From: a virus
Direction: 5' to 3' (one strand)
DNA: 34,772 nucleotides
Virus record (IMG/VR): IMGVR_UViG_3300029775_000400
Made by a program: the position numbers and the translations under genes
Shown here: positions 28,226-34,772 of the stretch, piece by piece
Layout of the letters: each line of letters starts with the position of its first letter
Position numbering within the stretch: position 1 is the first letter of the stretch
Notes under the pieces: generated by a model
Told to the model about the DNA's origin: nothing
The model's database searches: none
Seen by the model: only the letters and a program-made list of their open reading frames with translations

Positions 28226-28537
28226 ATGTTAGATTACGTGGAGTATACAATTCAAAAAAACTCTCCAAATGCCACAATCATAAACCTAGTCTTTAAAGAT
28301 CCATCTAAACATGAAAAAGACCGGAAAGACCTGGAAAACTTTTTAGATAAAATCCTAAACTTAGGATCTGAAATCATAGAAGGCCATATCACCTTCAAAA
28401 GTTCATGTGAACTTCACCTAACAGTTCGCTGCCCCGAAGAATACTGGTTTAAATTAGATGAAACCACAAGACAAAAAGAAATTGTAAAACAATCCCACAT
28501 ACTCCAAGACATGTACAACCAAGAATTCAATGAATAA
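28226..28537 (+). CDS. Hypothetical protein
   Basis: 103-aa ORF with GGGTGA RBS on the opposite strand. Confidence 0.65.
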   Translation: MLDYVEYTIQKNSPNATIINLVFKDPSKHEKDRKDLENFLDKILNLGSEIIEGHITFKSSCELHLTVRCPEEYWFKLDETTRQKEIVKQSHILQDMYNQEFNE

Positions 28538-28748
28538 TCTTAAAGTTGGGGCCTGGTTCTACGCAGGCTCCCAAAAAATAGAGTTCAAACCTTCACGGCT
28601 ATAAAGGAATGAAAATAAAGTAATTTAAAGTGGAAAATGGGGGATTTAAACCCCCTCTTGGCTTCGATTTGTTTGAAGAGATCTTGGTTTTTAGGGGAAA
28701 CTTTTTCTATGTTCCCTTACCCTATCTTCTGGACGTAAAGTAATGTGG

Positions 28749-29147
28749 TCATTTTGCATGGATCCATGCTAATTTTTTGGATAATTTTTGATGGTAATCA
28801 TCATAATCAGGATTTCCTTCACTGTCAAGTTTGGGTTTAGGTATCTTCATTGTTCCAGGCCCCCAGGTTCTTTTAGATCTTAATTTTTGGGCGTATGCGA
28901 TTCTTTCTTGTTCTGCATGCTCAAATTTATCTCTCTTTGCTCTGATTTTGGCATCTATAATCTTTTTCTGTGCCCTATGTGCTTTTATTCTGCAAATATC
29001 CCCACAATAAATCCGATATCCCTGATTGTATTGCACAAATAGGTGATGGCATATAGGGCAAACCTTTAAAATACTGCGTCTTGGTGAATACTTAATTCCT
29101 TCATGTAATCCCCAGCGTGGAACTTTTGGAACATGTGGGATACTCAT
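28749..29147 (-). CDS. Zn-finger basic protein
   Basis: CPICHHLF...YCGDICRIKAHR followed by a basic helix. Confidence 0.7.
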   Translation of the reverse strand: MSIPHVPKVPRWGLHEGIKYSPRRSILKVCPICHHLFVQYNQGYRIYCGDICRIKAHRAQKKIIDAKIRAKRDKFEHAEQERIAYAQKLRSKRTWGPGTMKIPKPKLDSEGNPDYDDYHQKLSKKLAWIHAK

Positions 29148-29734
29148 AAGACCACATTCCCTTCATGCATCTGTATTTGGCCTTGAACCAAGCCACACTT
29201 TGGACAGACTACTTCCCCACGGTCCAGGTCCTGCACGCTAATGTTGCAGCCACATTCTTCACATTTTAAAACCTTTTCCACGTGAACCAATGGCATGCTC
29301 TTCTTATTTTTAACTGCTGCCATTTTTTCTTCCAAACAGCTTAAAAGTCTGGGATAACTTTTATAATTTGAAATTTCCTCACCAAAATTATAGTTTCTCA
29401 TCTCAAATTCCTCAAAAAAAGATTTATCACTATATAAAACATCAACCGTAACTCCCTTGAGAATTACCTCCTCATCTTCTTTGATATTTCTCAACGCAAA
29501 TATCTCAAAAAAATCCTTAACCTTTACAGGCTTCCATTTCTTTGTAATTAATGTATGGCAGTATGGACAAGTACCCGCATCCGTAGCAACTGCATCACAT
29601 TTAGGACAATGCGGTTTACCTGATTGGATCCTCGACGGCAACCGTTCAAGTTGAGGATTAAATGCTGTTTTAACCTGAGAAGGTTCACACTTTCCATGCT
29701 TTGAATTAAAGATTTTCCCACAATCTACACCCAA
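29144..29734 (-). CDS. Multi-Zn-ribbon protein with C-terminal TFIIB-type Zn ribbon
   Basis: GGAGGT RBS and TTG start; CPKC...CPYC; KCEECGCNISVQDLDRGEVVCPKCGLV. Confidence 0.75.
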   Translation of the reverse strand: MGVDCGKIFNSKHGKCEPSQVKTAFNPQLERLPSRIQSGKPHCPKCDAVATDAGTCPYCHTLITKKWKPVKVKDFFEIFALRNIKEDEEVILKGVTVDVLYSDKSFFEEFEMRNYNFGEEISNYKSYPRLLSCLEEKMAAVKNKKSMPLVHVEKVLKCEECGCNISVQDLDRGEVVCPKCGLVQGQIQMHEGNVVL

Positions 29735-29862
29735 AAACAAACCTCCATAAAACCCATAATAATATATACGTAACCAAGAGGGGTATAAACTAAAACACGA
29801 AAAATAAGCCAAAAATTAGGGTTAATATTCTTTTGAAAATCTTAATTAAAAAAAATAGAAAT

Positions 29863-30030
29863 CTAAAATGTTACCTGTTGACTTTTAATCTTCTTAAAAT
29901 TATTGGAACCACACTTACACGGCTTTAACTTAAAAAGACCTTCCTGCAACCGTCTATCCTCATCAACTGTAACTTTTATAACACAACCACATTCAACACA
30001 CTTATAATTAACTGTATTCCAACGATTCAT
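29863..30030 (-). CDS. Small Zn-ribbon protein, 55 aa
   Basis: GAGGT RBS; MNRWNTVNYKCVECGCVIKVTVDEDRRLQEGLFKLKPCKCGSNNFKKIKSQQVTF. Confidence 0.75.
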   Translation of the reverse strand: MNRWNTVNYKCVECGCVIKVTVDEDRRLQEGLFKLKPCKCGSNNFKKIKSQQVTF

Positions 30031-30049
30031 CTAAATTTACCTCTTTTTT

Positions 30050-30385
30050 TTAAACATTCCTATAAATCCAGACATTCCGAGTATTCTTGGTCCTGGGATC
30101 ATATTTGCTTTTGTTACTGAAGCCTAATTGATCTGCCATTTTCCGACCCATATACCTGACAGCCTTTTTACTATCCTGTAATGTACGATAACTTGGATGT
30201 ATAAGCTTTAAATCTTTCAGGTAAGAATACATGAACTCCGCTGTTGACTCTCCAAAGTTCCGTATAAACCATTTCTCAAAAGATTCCAAATCCTCCGAGT
30301 TCCGTATCGGTCTATCCCAGCAGGGCCATCCCTTATTTGATAACACTGTTTGAACCACCATAATACCTCCGTTTAGTTCAACCAA
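30050..30385 (-). CDS. Hypothetical basic protein
   Basis: ORF collinear with its neighbours; start uncertain (30385 or 30361). Confidence 0.6.
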   Translation of the reverse strand: MVELNGGIMVVQTVLSNKGWPCWDRPIRNSEDLESFEKWFIRNFGESTAEFMYSYLKDLKLIHPSYRTLQDSKKAVRYMGRKMADQLGFSNKSKYDPRTKNTRNVWIYRNV

Positions 30386-30665
30386 AAACGAAAGACTTTT
30401 ATATTAATATATACGGATAATTCTATCTTAAAAAAGTTTTCCCCACATGAGAAATAACCATTTCAATAAAAAGAAGCCTTCAATTTATACACATTCTCAA
30501 CTTGCAGCCTCCAAACCTGTAACAGGCCACCAAGCAAATACCGAACATTCACAAAAACAACTTCCAAATCTTTAGTAAATCTTAAAGCTAAAAACTTAAA
30601 AAATAAGTGTTATGCTCCATTTTTAGGAAAATTTCAAAGAAATAATCAAGGAAAAGAGTAAATAC

Positions 30666-30860
30666 TCATTCCCCTATCAAATCTTGCCTAAAGAACTGCA
30701 TATTTCCACATTTATTACAAATTAAGATTTTCCAATTATTTTTAGCTATTGTTCTTAATCCTAATTCTTGTACATTGGAGATAACACGAGGATCTGTTGA
30801 AGAAGTTGCAAATTCTTCATAAGTTCCTTCTTTACAGAATATACATTTTTTGCTTTCCAT
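30666..30860 (-). CDS. Small Zn-ribbon protein
   Basis: CIFC...CNKCGNMQFF. Confidence 0.72.
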   Translation of the reverse strand: MESKKCIFCKEGTYEEFATSSTDPRVISNVQELGLRTIAKNNWKILICNKCGNMQFFRQDLIGE

Positions 30861-30883
30861 AACATTTCGCTTCCTTTTATATT

Positions 30884-30912
30884 TTAAGATGTAACTTATT
30901 ATTACATCTTAA
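30884..30912. promoter_or_regulatory. Perfect 11-bp inverted repeat, candidate operator
   Basis: TTAAGATGTAA-cttatta-TTACATCTTAA in the divergent intergenic region. Confidence 0.55.
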
Positions 30913-31130
30913 TATTAACTAAGTTTCAATGTTCTTATAAAGATGTTGATTTAAACAAAAATTAAACGTTTATTCTCAAATTAAACTGTTAACTACGTCT
31001 TAATAAAATAGAATATTTCTATTTCTCTTTATTATCTCGATAAATTTTTCTATTATAATCGGAACAGGAACTTTTATTATTAGAACCCTGAAAACCTCAT
31101 AATAATACTAAGTAGGAGGTGAATTATGCA

Positions 31131-31502
31131 ATGGATAAGAAAATAATAATGGTTTTAACTGTATTTTTGATTGTGGGTGTGGTTGCTGTTTCAGGTTGCA
31201 CAAGCTCGGATAACATGACAACATCTGCAAATACATCTATGAGTAATGCTTCAACGCCAGTTGAGAACACAGCAACACCTGCAACTACAGAACAGAATAG
31301 CACAGTGACAACTACTGCAACGCCCTCAACAACAGCATCCTCTGCAAGTGCAGCATATGTGGGAAATTCAAACACACATAAATTCCACTTAGCAAGTTGC
31401 AGATATGTATCTAAGATGAGTGAGGATCATAAAGTCTATTTCAACACAAGAGATGAAGCAATAGCTCAAGGATACGTACCATGTAAAGTATGCAACCCCT
31501 GA
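31131..31502 (+). CDS. Lipoprotein-like protein with S/T-rich linker and Ada-type metal-binding domain
   Basis: VAVSGC lipobox; YVGNSNTHKFHLASC...EAIAQGYVPCKVCNP; GGAGGTGA RBS. Confidence 0.85.
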   Translation: MDKKIIMVLTVFLIVGVVAVSGCTSSDNMTTSANTSMSNASTPVENTATPATTEQNSTVTTTATPSTTASSASAAYVGNSNTHKFHLASCRYVSKMSEDHKVYFNTRDEAIAQGYVPCKVCNP

Positions 31503-31527
31503 ATTCTTTTCCTTTTTTTTAAGATGA

Positions 31528-31535
31528 TTTAAATA
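31528..31535 (+). promoter_or_regulatory. Archaeal TATA box for the channel gene
   Basis: TTTAAATA about 50 nt upstream of the ATG at 31587. Confidence 0.45.
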
Positions 31536-31586
31536 GTAAGGTATGCTTAAACTAAATTTTAATTGACTATTTTGAGTGGTAGAAAA

Positions 31587-32297
31587 ATGAAGATTAGAAC
31601 TATTTCAAGCATTGTTATAATATTCTTAGTTATCATAGATGTTTTCGTGATTACATGGTCTAGTTTCTCTAATGTAGGGGTTTTACTTGCACAAGGTATA
31701 ATCTATTTTGATTTAGCTGTCTGTTTTATACTTTTCTGTGATTTTATGCTCAGACTCCATGAAACAGAAGATAAAAAAGCATTTTTTAAAAATAAATGGA
31801 CATGGATTGACATAATCGCAATGATACCAATAGAATTCGCCCCTTTCAGATTTCTAAGATTAATACGAGTACTTATCCTACTAAACAAAGGTTCAAAACT
31901 TCTAAAAGAGTTTATTGAGGAAACTCACCTTGATTGGAGTTTTGGAATATTATTAATGACTGTTATTGCAGGTACAATCCTTTTTTACATTGTAGAAGCC
32001 GGAATAAATACAAACGTGCATAACTTAGGAGATGCTTTCTGGTATGTTCTACCAACCATGACAACAGATGGTGGAAATATATACCCAGCAACAGTATCCG
32101 GCAGACTAATCAGTATGACCGTGATGATCATAGGCGTCCTTTTCCTGGGGATGTTCACAGCACAAATAGCCTCATGGCTTACAGAAAAATCCGGAAAGAA
32201 CTGCGAACAAAACGAGATACAAGAACTAAAAGGAGAAATGCAAGAGTTACAGTCTGAGATCGTGGAACTAAAAGAAATAATCAGGAAGAATAAATAA
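31587..32297 (+). CDS. 6TM voltage-gated-type cation channel homolog with non-canonical filter
   Basis: S1-S3 (WIDIIAMIP), S4 RFLRLIR, pore region DAFWYVLPTMTTDGGNIYPATVSGR, S6, and a C-terminal coiled coil. Confidence 0.88.
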   Translation: MKIRTISSIVIIFLVIIDVFVITWSSFSNVGVLLAQGIIYFDLAVCFILFCDFMLRLHETEDKKAFFKNKWTWIDIIAMIPIEFAPFRFLRLIRVLILLNKGSKLLKEFIEETHLDWSFGILLMTVIAGTILFYIVEAGINTNVHNLGDAFWYVLPTMTTDGGNIYPATVSGRLISMTVMIIGVLFLGMFTAQIASWLTEKSGKNCEQNEIQELKGEMQELQSEIVELKEIIRKNK

Positions 32298-32530
32298 TTT
32301 ATTAATTAATAATAATTAATTAAATAATAATATAATATATAATATAATAAAATAAGGTATAATCAAGGAACTCCACGTGTAATCTACATGTGTACACGTG
32401 GAAGCTCCACGTATAGTTTTTTTTACACTTGAAAAAGTACACGTGCAACGTGTATGTGGCACGTGTAGTTTATGAGGGTATACCATTTTTACACTTGTTA
32501 CACTTGCAGCACTTGCAACTGAACTACACT
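32290..32530. repeat. AT-rich tract plus CAC[G/T]TG repeat array, candidate replication origin
   Basis: Almost pure A/T run from about 32290 to 32355. CACGTG at 32374, 32395, 32440 and 32460; CACTTG at about 32426, 32492, 32501 and 32510; 9-bp inverted repeat at 32372-32380/32394-32402. Confidence 0.6.
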
Positions 32531-32952
32531 GAAGTGATGTTGAACTCATCAATCTCACCCTTATCAATTGGAGTTATCACTTTCTCCTGGACTAACTGTT
32601 TAAACTCTGCTTTACCCATACCCAACTTCACACGATTATTCCTTAAAATATCTGGCAAAATGGCCTGTTCCCTTAGGTAGGCCCGTCTCAATCTGATAAT
32701 TACCTCATTTTGCATGTCAGGATCAACTATAATATCCTCTTTTAATGAGTCAATTTCTGATTCAACTTCTGTTAACCTTTGAAGTAGGTTGCCTCTTTCT
32801 TTTTCAAGTGCACTGTACCTTGCAGATTTACCCATGAGGTACTTGTAACCCTCTAAAAGGGCATAAGAAGGATTAATTCCCTCATTCTTTCCCTCTTTTA
32901 TAAGGGCTTCATCCTTCTTTTTAATGTACACTGTTATGTTTTTACCGGCCAT
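32524..32952 (-). CDS. RHH-like DNA-binding protein with coiled coil
   Basis: KNITVYI...GINPSYAL pattern, followed by a heptad segment. Confidence 0.55.
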   Translation of the reverse strand: MAGKNITVYIKKKDEALIKEGKNEGINPSYALLEGYKYLMGKSARYSALEKERGNLLQRLTEVESEIDSLKEDIIVDPDMQNEVIIRLRRAYLREQAILPDILRNNRVKLGMGKAEFKQLVQEKVITPIDKGEIDEFNITSV

Positions 32953-33130
32953 CACCCACCACCTTCAGTCCTGCTTTTTCAGCTTCAACTTTTTTTAATC
33001 GTTTCTCCAGTTTACCCTCCAGGTCTGTTAATTTCTCATCTTGGGGTCGTGTTTTGAGGAGGTATTTGACGTTTCGCAGGTCATGGTTCAGGTTAATCCA
33101 ATCCGTTTTAACTTCTAATTCACTGCGCAT
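32942..33130 (-). CDS. Small coiled-coil protein
   Basis: 62 aa, overlapping operon-style junctions. Confidence 0.65.
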   Translation of the reverse strand: MRSELEVKTDWINLNHDLRNVKYLLKTRPQDEKLTDLEGKLEKRLKKVEAEKAGLKVVGDGR

Positions 33131-33145
33131 TTTTTAGATCCTCCA

Positions 33146-33310
33146 CTATGGAAGTTTTACAACCTCTAAATCTGAGTTAAAATCTTTTGCGTATATTTCG
33201 AACTCCGTACCATCCTCAAAAGTTATATTGATGATTCCATAACCATTTTGACAGATGGAACTCACAGAACTTTCCTTTGATTTTTCTTCCAACCTTTCAA
33301 TCCCTTCCAT
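33146..33310 (-). CDS. Hypothetical protein, 54 aa
   Basis: ATG directly after the upstream stop, with a GAGGG RBS. Confidence 0.6.
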   Translation of the reverse strand: MEGIERLEEKSKESSVSSICQNGYGIINITFEDGTEFEIYAKDFNSDLEVVKLP

Positions 33311-33312
33311 CT

Positions 33313-33564
33313 TTATTCCCTCATTTTTTCCAGTTTTCCCATTAACTCTTTTTTCCTGCAATTTATCCTGGAAAGTTCATCAATTATCTGTTCCTCTTCG
33401 CCAGGGCAATATTTCATCGTGTTTTCTCTTGTCATAGGGATTATTACACGAGACCCATCTCTGAAACGTATAATATACGACTCATTTTCAACACCCCAAA
33501 CCTGATCTACTTGTTTATTCCTCAAAGCATCCCAAGATTTTTTTTCATCCTTAGTTAAACTCAT
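33313..33564 (-). CDS. Hypothetical protein, 83 aa
   Basis: TAA-a-ATG junction with the upstream small ORF. Confidence 0.65.
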   Translation of the reverse strand: MSLTKDEKKSWDALRNKQVDQVWGVENESYIIRFRDGSRVIIPMTRENTMKYCPGEEEQIIDELSRINCRKKELMGKLEKMRE

Positions 33565-33565
33565 T

Positions 33566-33715
33566 TTAATCAACCCTTTCCCCATCCACAATAATTCCAT
33601 GTGTTGTTCTCTCAATCACAATGCAATCATCCTGTATCTTCACGTTTAACTCCATATTATGCCATTCCCCATCAGCTGGAATGTTATCCCAGAATATTTC
33701 TTGAATATCTGCCAT
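33566..33715 (-). CDS. Hypothetical protein, 49 aa (missed by the ORF track)
   Basis: MADIQEIFWDNIPADGEWHNMELNVKIQDDCIVIERTTHGIIVDGERVD; exactly fills the gap between its neighbours. Confidence 0.65.
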   Translation of the reverse strand: MADIQEIFWDNIPADGEWHNMELNVKIQDDCIVIERTTHGIIVDGERVD

Positions 33716-33919
33716 TTATTCCACCCAGTTTTGGATCTGGAGTGACCAGCCAGCATCCTCACCGAAAGAGATAACGCGGGTCTCAATCCCCCGTACGGGT
33801 TGCATCCTGTGCTCGAAATCATGATTACACCACCCAATAAAGACTGGCATGTCCCCTTTATCTTCATGAATCCCTGTAAGCTCTTTAATCAATTCACTTA
33901 ACATCATATCCACATTCAA
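33716..33919 (-). CDS. Hypothetical protein
   Basis: 67 aa with an overlapping start/stop junction. Confidence 0.6.
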   Translation of the reverse strand: MNVDMMLSELIKELTGIHEDKGDMPVFIGWCNHDFEHRMQPVRGIETRVISFGEDAGWSLQIQNWVE

Positions 33920-34194
33920 TACCCCCTGTAAAATGCTATTAAACCTAAACCCATTGTGATGTAAGGCCCCCTGCCATCATGCCAGATTGGAGTCCAGTAA
34001 TTAAACCAGAACCGTTTCCTATGATGCTTAATGATTTCAATCTTATAATTAACCCGCTGGACCTTGCAAATATTTACCAGGTCAATCAGATGAAAACTGA
34101 AAATTGTACAACCATAAGACACACTAAAAGCCAAATATCCAGCCTCCTCTTTACTGCCTATCCTGGCCGTTACCTTCCACTCTCCAATCTTCAT
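33916..34194 (-). CDS. Hypothetical aromatic-rich protein
   Basis: GAGGTG RBS before MKIGEW. Confidence 0.6.
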   Translation of the reverse strand: MKIGEWKVTARIGSKEEAGYLAFSVSYGCTIFSFHLIDLVNICKVQRVNYKIEIIKHHRKRFWFNYWTPIWHDGRGPYITMGLGLIAFYRGY

Positions 34195-34348
34195 CTTCTT
34201 CCACCTCAACCAGGTTTTCGCCAATGATAAATCCATATTTCGCCCTGCTATTTTTACATTCCTGATTTGTACAGGCCCAATAATCCAGAGACTTACGCAT
34301 GAAAGGTTTAACATTTGAACCGCAGAGAGGGCATACTTTTTTAATCAT
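34151..34348 (-). CDS. Small Zn-ribbon protein
   Basis: CPLCG...WACTNQEC; overlaps both neighbours. Confidence 0.55.
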   Translation of the reverse strand: MIKKVCPLCGSNVKPFMRKSLDYWACTNQECKNSRAKYGFIIGENLVEVEEDEDWRVEGNGQDRQ

Positions 34349-34730
34349 GATTCCATAGCTCCTTAAGTTCTGGATTTGATTCAAAATCTTCTGGTTTGAT
34401 ATCTTCAACAAGTTCAGGGTTTTCCATTAAGTTTCCGACAATGACAAGCTTATTTTTAAAGCCATAAGTGTGGGGAGATCCCCAGGTTTTATTCTTTACA
34501 CAGGTTAACCTAAATTCGCAAAAGCTGAATAAAACTAGATAAATATATTCATCATTTCCTATGCGTACCAGATCATATTCTCTGAGAGGTTTACCTTGTA
34601 CATGAATGCCTGCATATCTTCTCAGAATGAATCTATCAGGAATTCCCCCTAAGTCAACAACTTTACCTGTATCATCTGAAATAGAAACCATGTCACCATC
34701 CAAACTAAGCATTATGTCATCCAGATCCAT
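34341..34730 (-). CDS. YopX-like protein
   Basis: YAGIHVQGKPLREYDLV...IVGNLMENPELVE matches the YopX GLKDKNGKEIYEGDIV...VIGNIYENPEL pattern. Confidence 0.7.
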   Translation of the reverse strand: MDLDDIMLSLDGDMVSISDDTGKVVDLGGIPDRFILRRYAGIHVQGKPLREYDLVRIGNDEYIYLVLFSFCEFRLTCVKNKTWGSPHTYGFKNKLVIVGNLMENPELVEDIKPEDFESNPELKELWNHD

Positions 34731-34772
34731 GGTTAAAATATTCCAATGATGTTTTCCATCTGAACCAATGTT

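Larger units (their letters stand above)
1..34772 (-). mobile_element. Tailed archaeal virus or provirus (siphovirus-like), partial genome
   Basis: Complete collinear packaging-head-neck-tail module on the minus strand, archaeal-type RBS/TATA/oligo-T signals, and no host housekeeping genes. No integrase or att site is seen, so free versus integrated state is unknown. Confidence 0.93.

Noticed and set aside
28545-28660. Two GC hairpins (28547-28570 and 28639-28655) as a tRNA or ncRNA
   Set aside because: No cloverleaf or T-loop motif; they more likely act as terminators between convergent genes.
30400-30660. Possible small minus-strand ORFs in this gap
   Set aside because: Only 17-30-codon frames with weak RBS/start support.
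32316-32680. ORFs 32316..32567 (-) and 32429..32680 (+)
   Set aside because: They run through the repeat array or antisense to a real gene and lack a plausible RBS or protein-like composition.

Overview
The whole window reads as a head-tail (Caudoviricetes, siphovirus-like) virus or provirus. The host is most likely a Methanobacterium-like archaeon; this is inferred from the AT-rich composition, GGAGGTGA ribosome-binding sites, TTTAAATA TATA box, oligo-T terminator-like tracts and Methanobacterium-type GYLxCxxCGxxYE...CECGG membrane proteins. The minus strand, read right to left, carries small early/accessory genes (YopX-like, RHH-like), a candidate origin, Zn-finger late-regulator candidates and two holin-like genes. 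These are followed by the virion module: TerS, TerL, portal, MuF-like protein, protease/scaffold, decoration protein, HK97-fold capsid, neck genes, tail tube, tail assembly chaperone, a 1920-aa tape measure protein, Dit-like protein, a free-standing GIY-YIG endonuclease, hub and tip proteins, and a papain-like peptidase. Plus-strand inserts encode membrane proteins, including a 6TM K+-channel-like protein with a non-canonical filter. Hidden features the ORF track misses include a -1 frameshift extension of the tail chaperone, a gene that appears to start at ATA, five small ORFs, a CACGTG repeat array next to an AT-rich tract, and helically phased T-tracts upstream of terS. No integrase, replicase, RT, tRNA or CRISPR array is visible. 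All family assignments come from motif recognition, not database searches.
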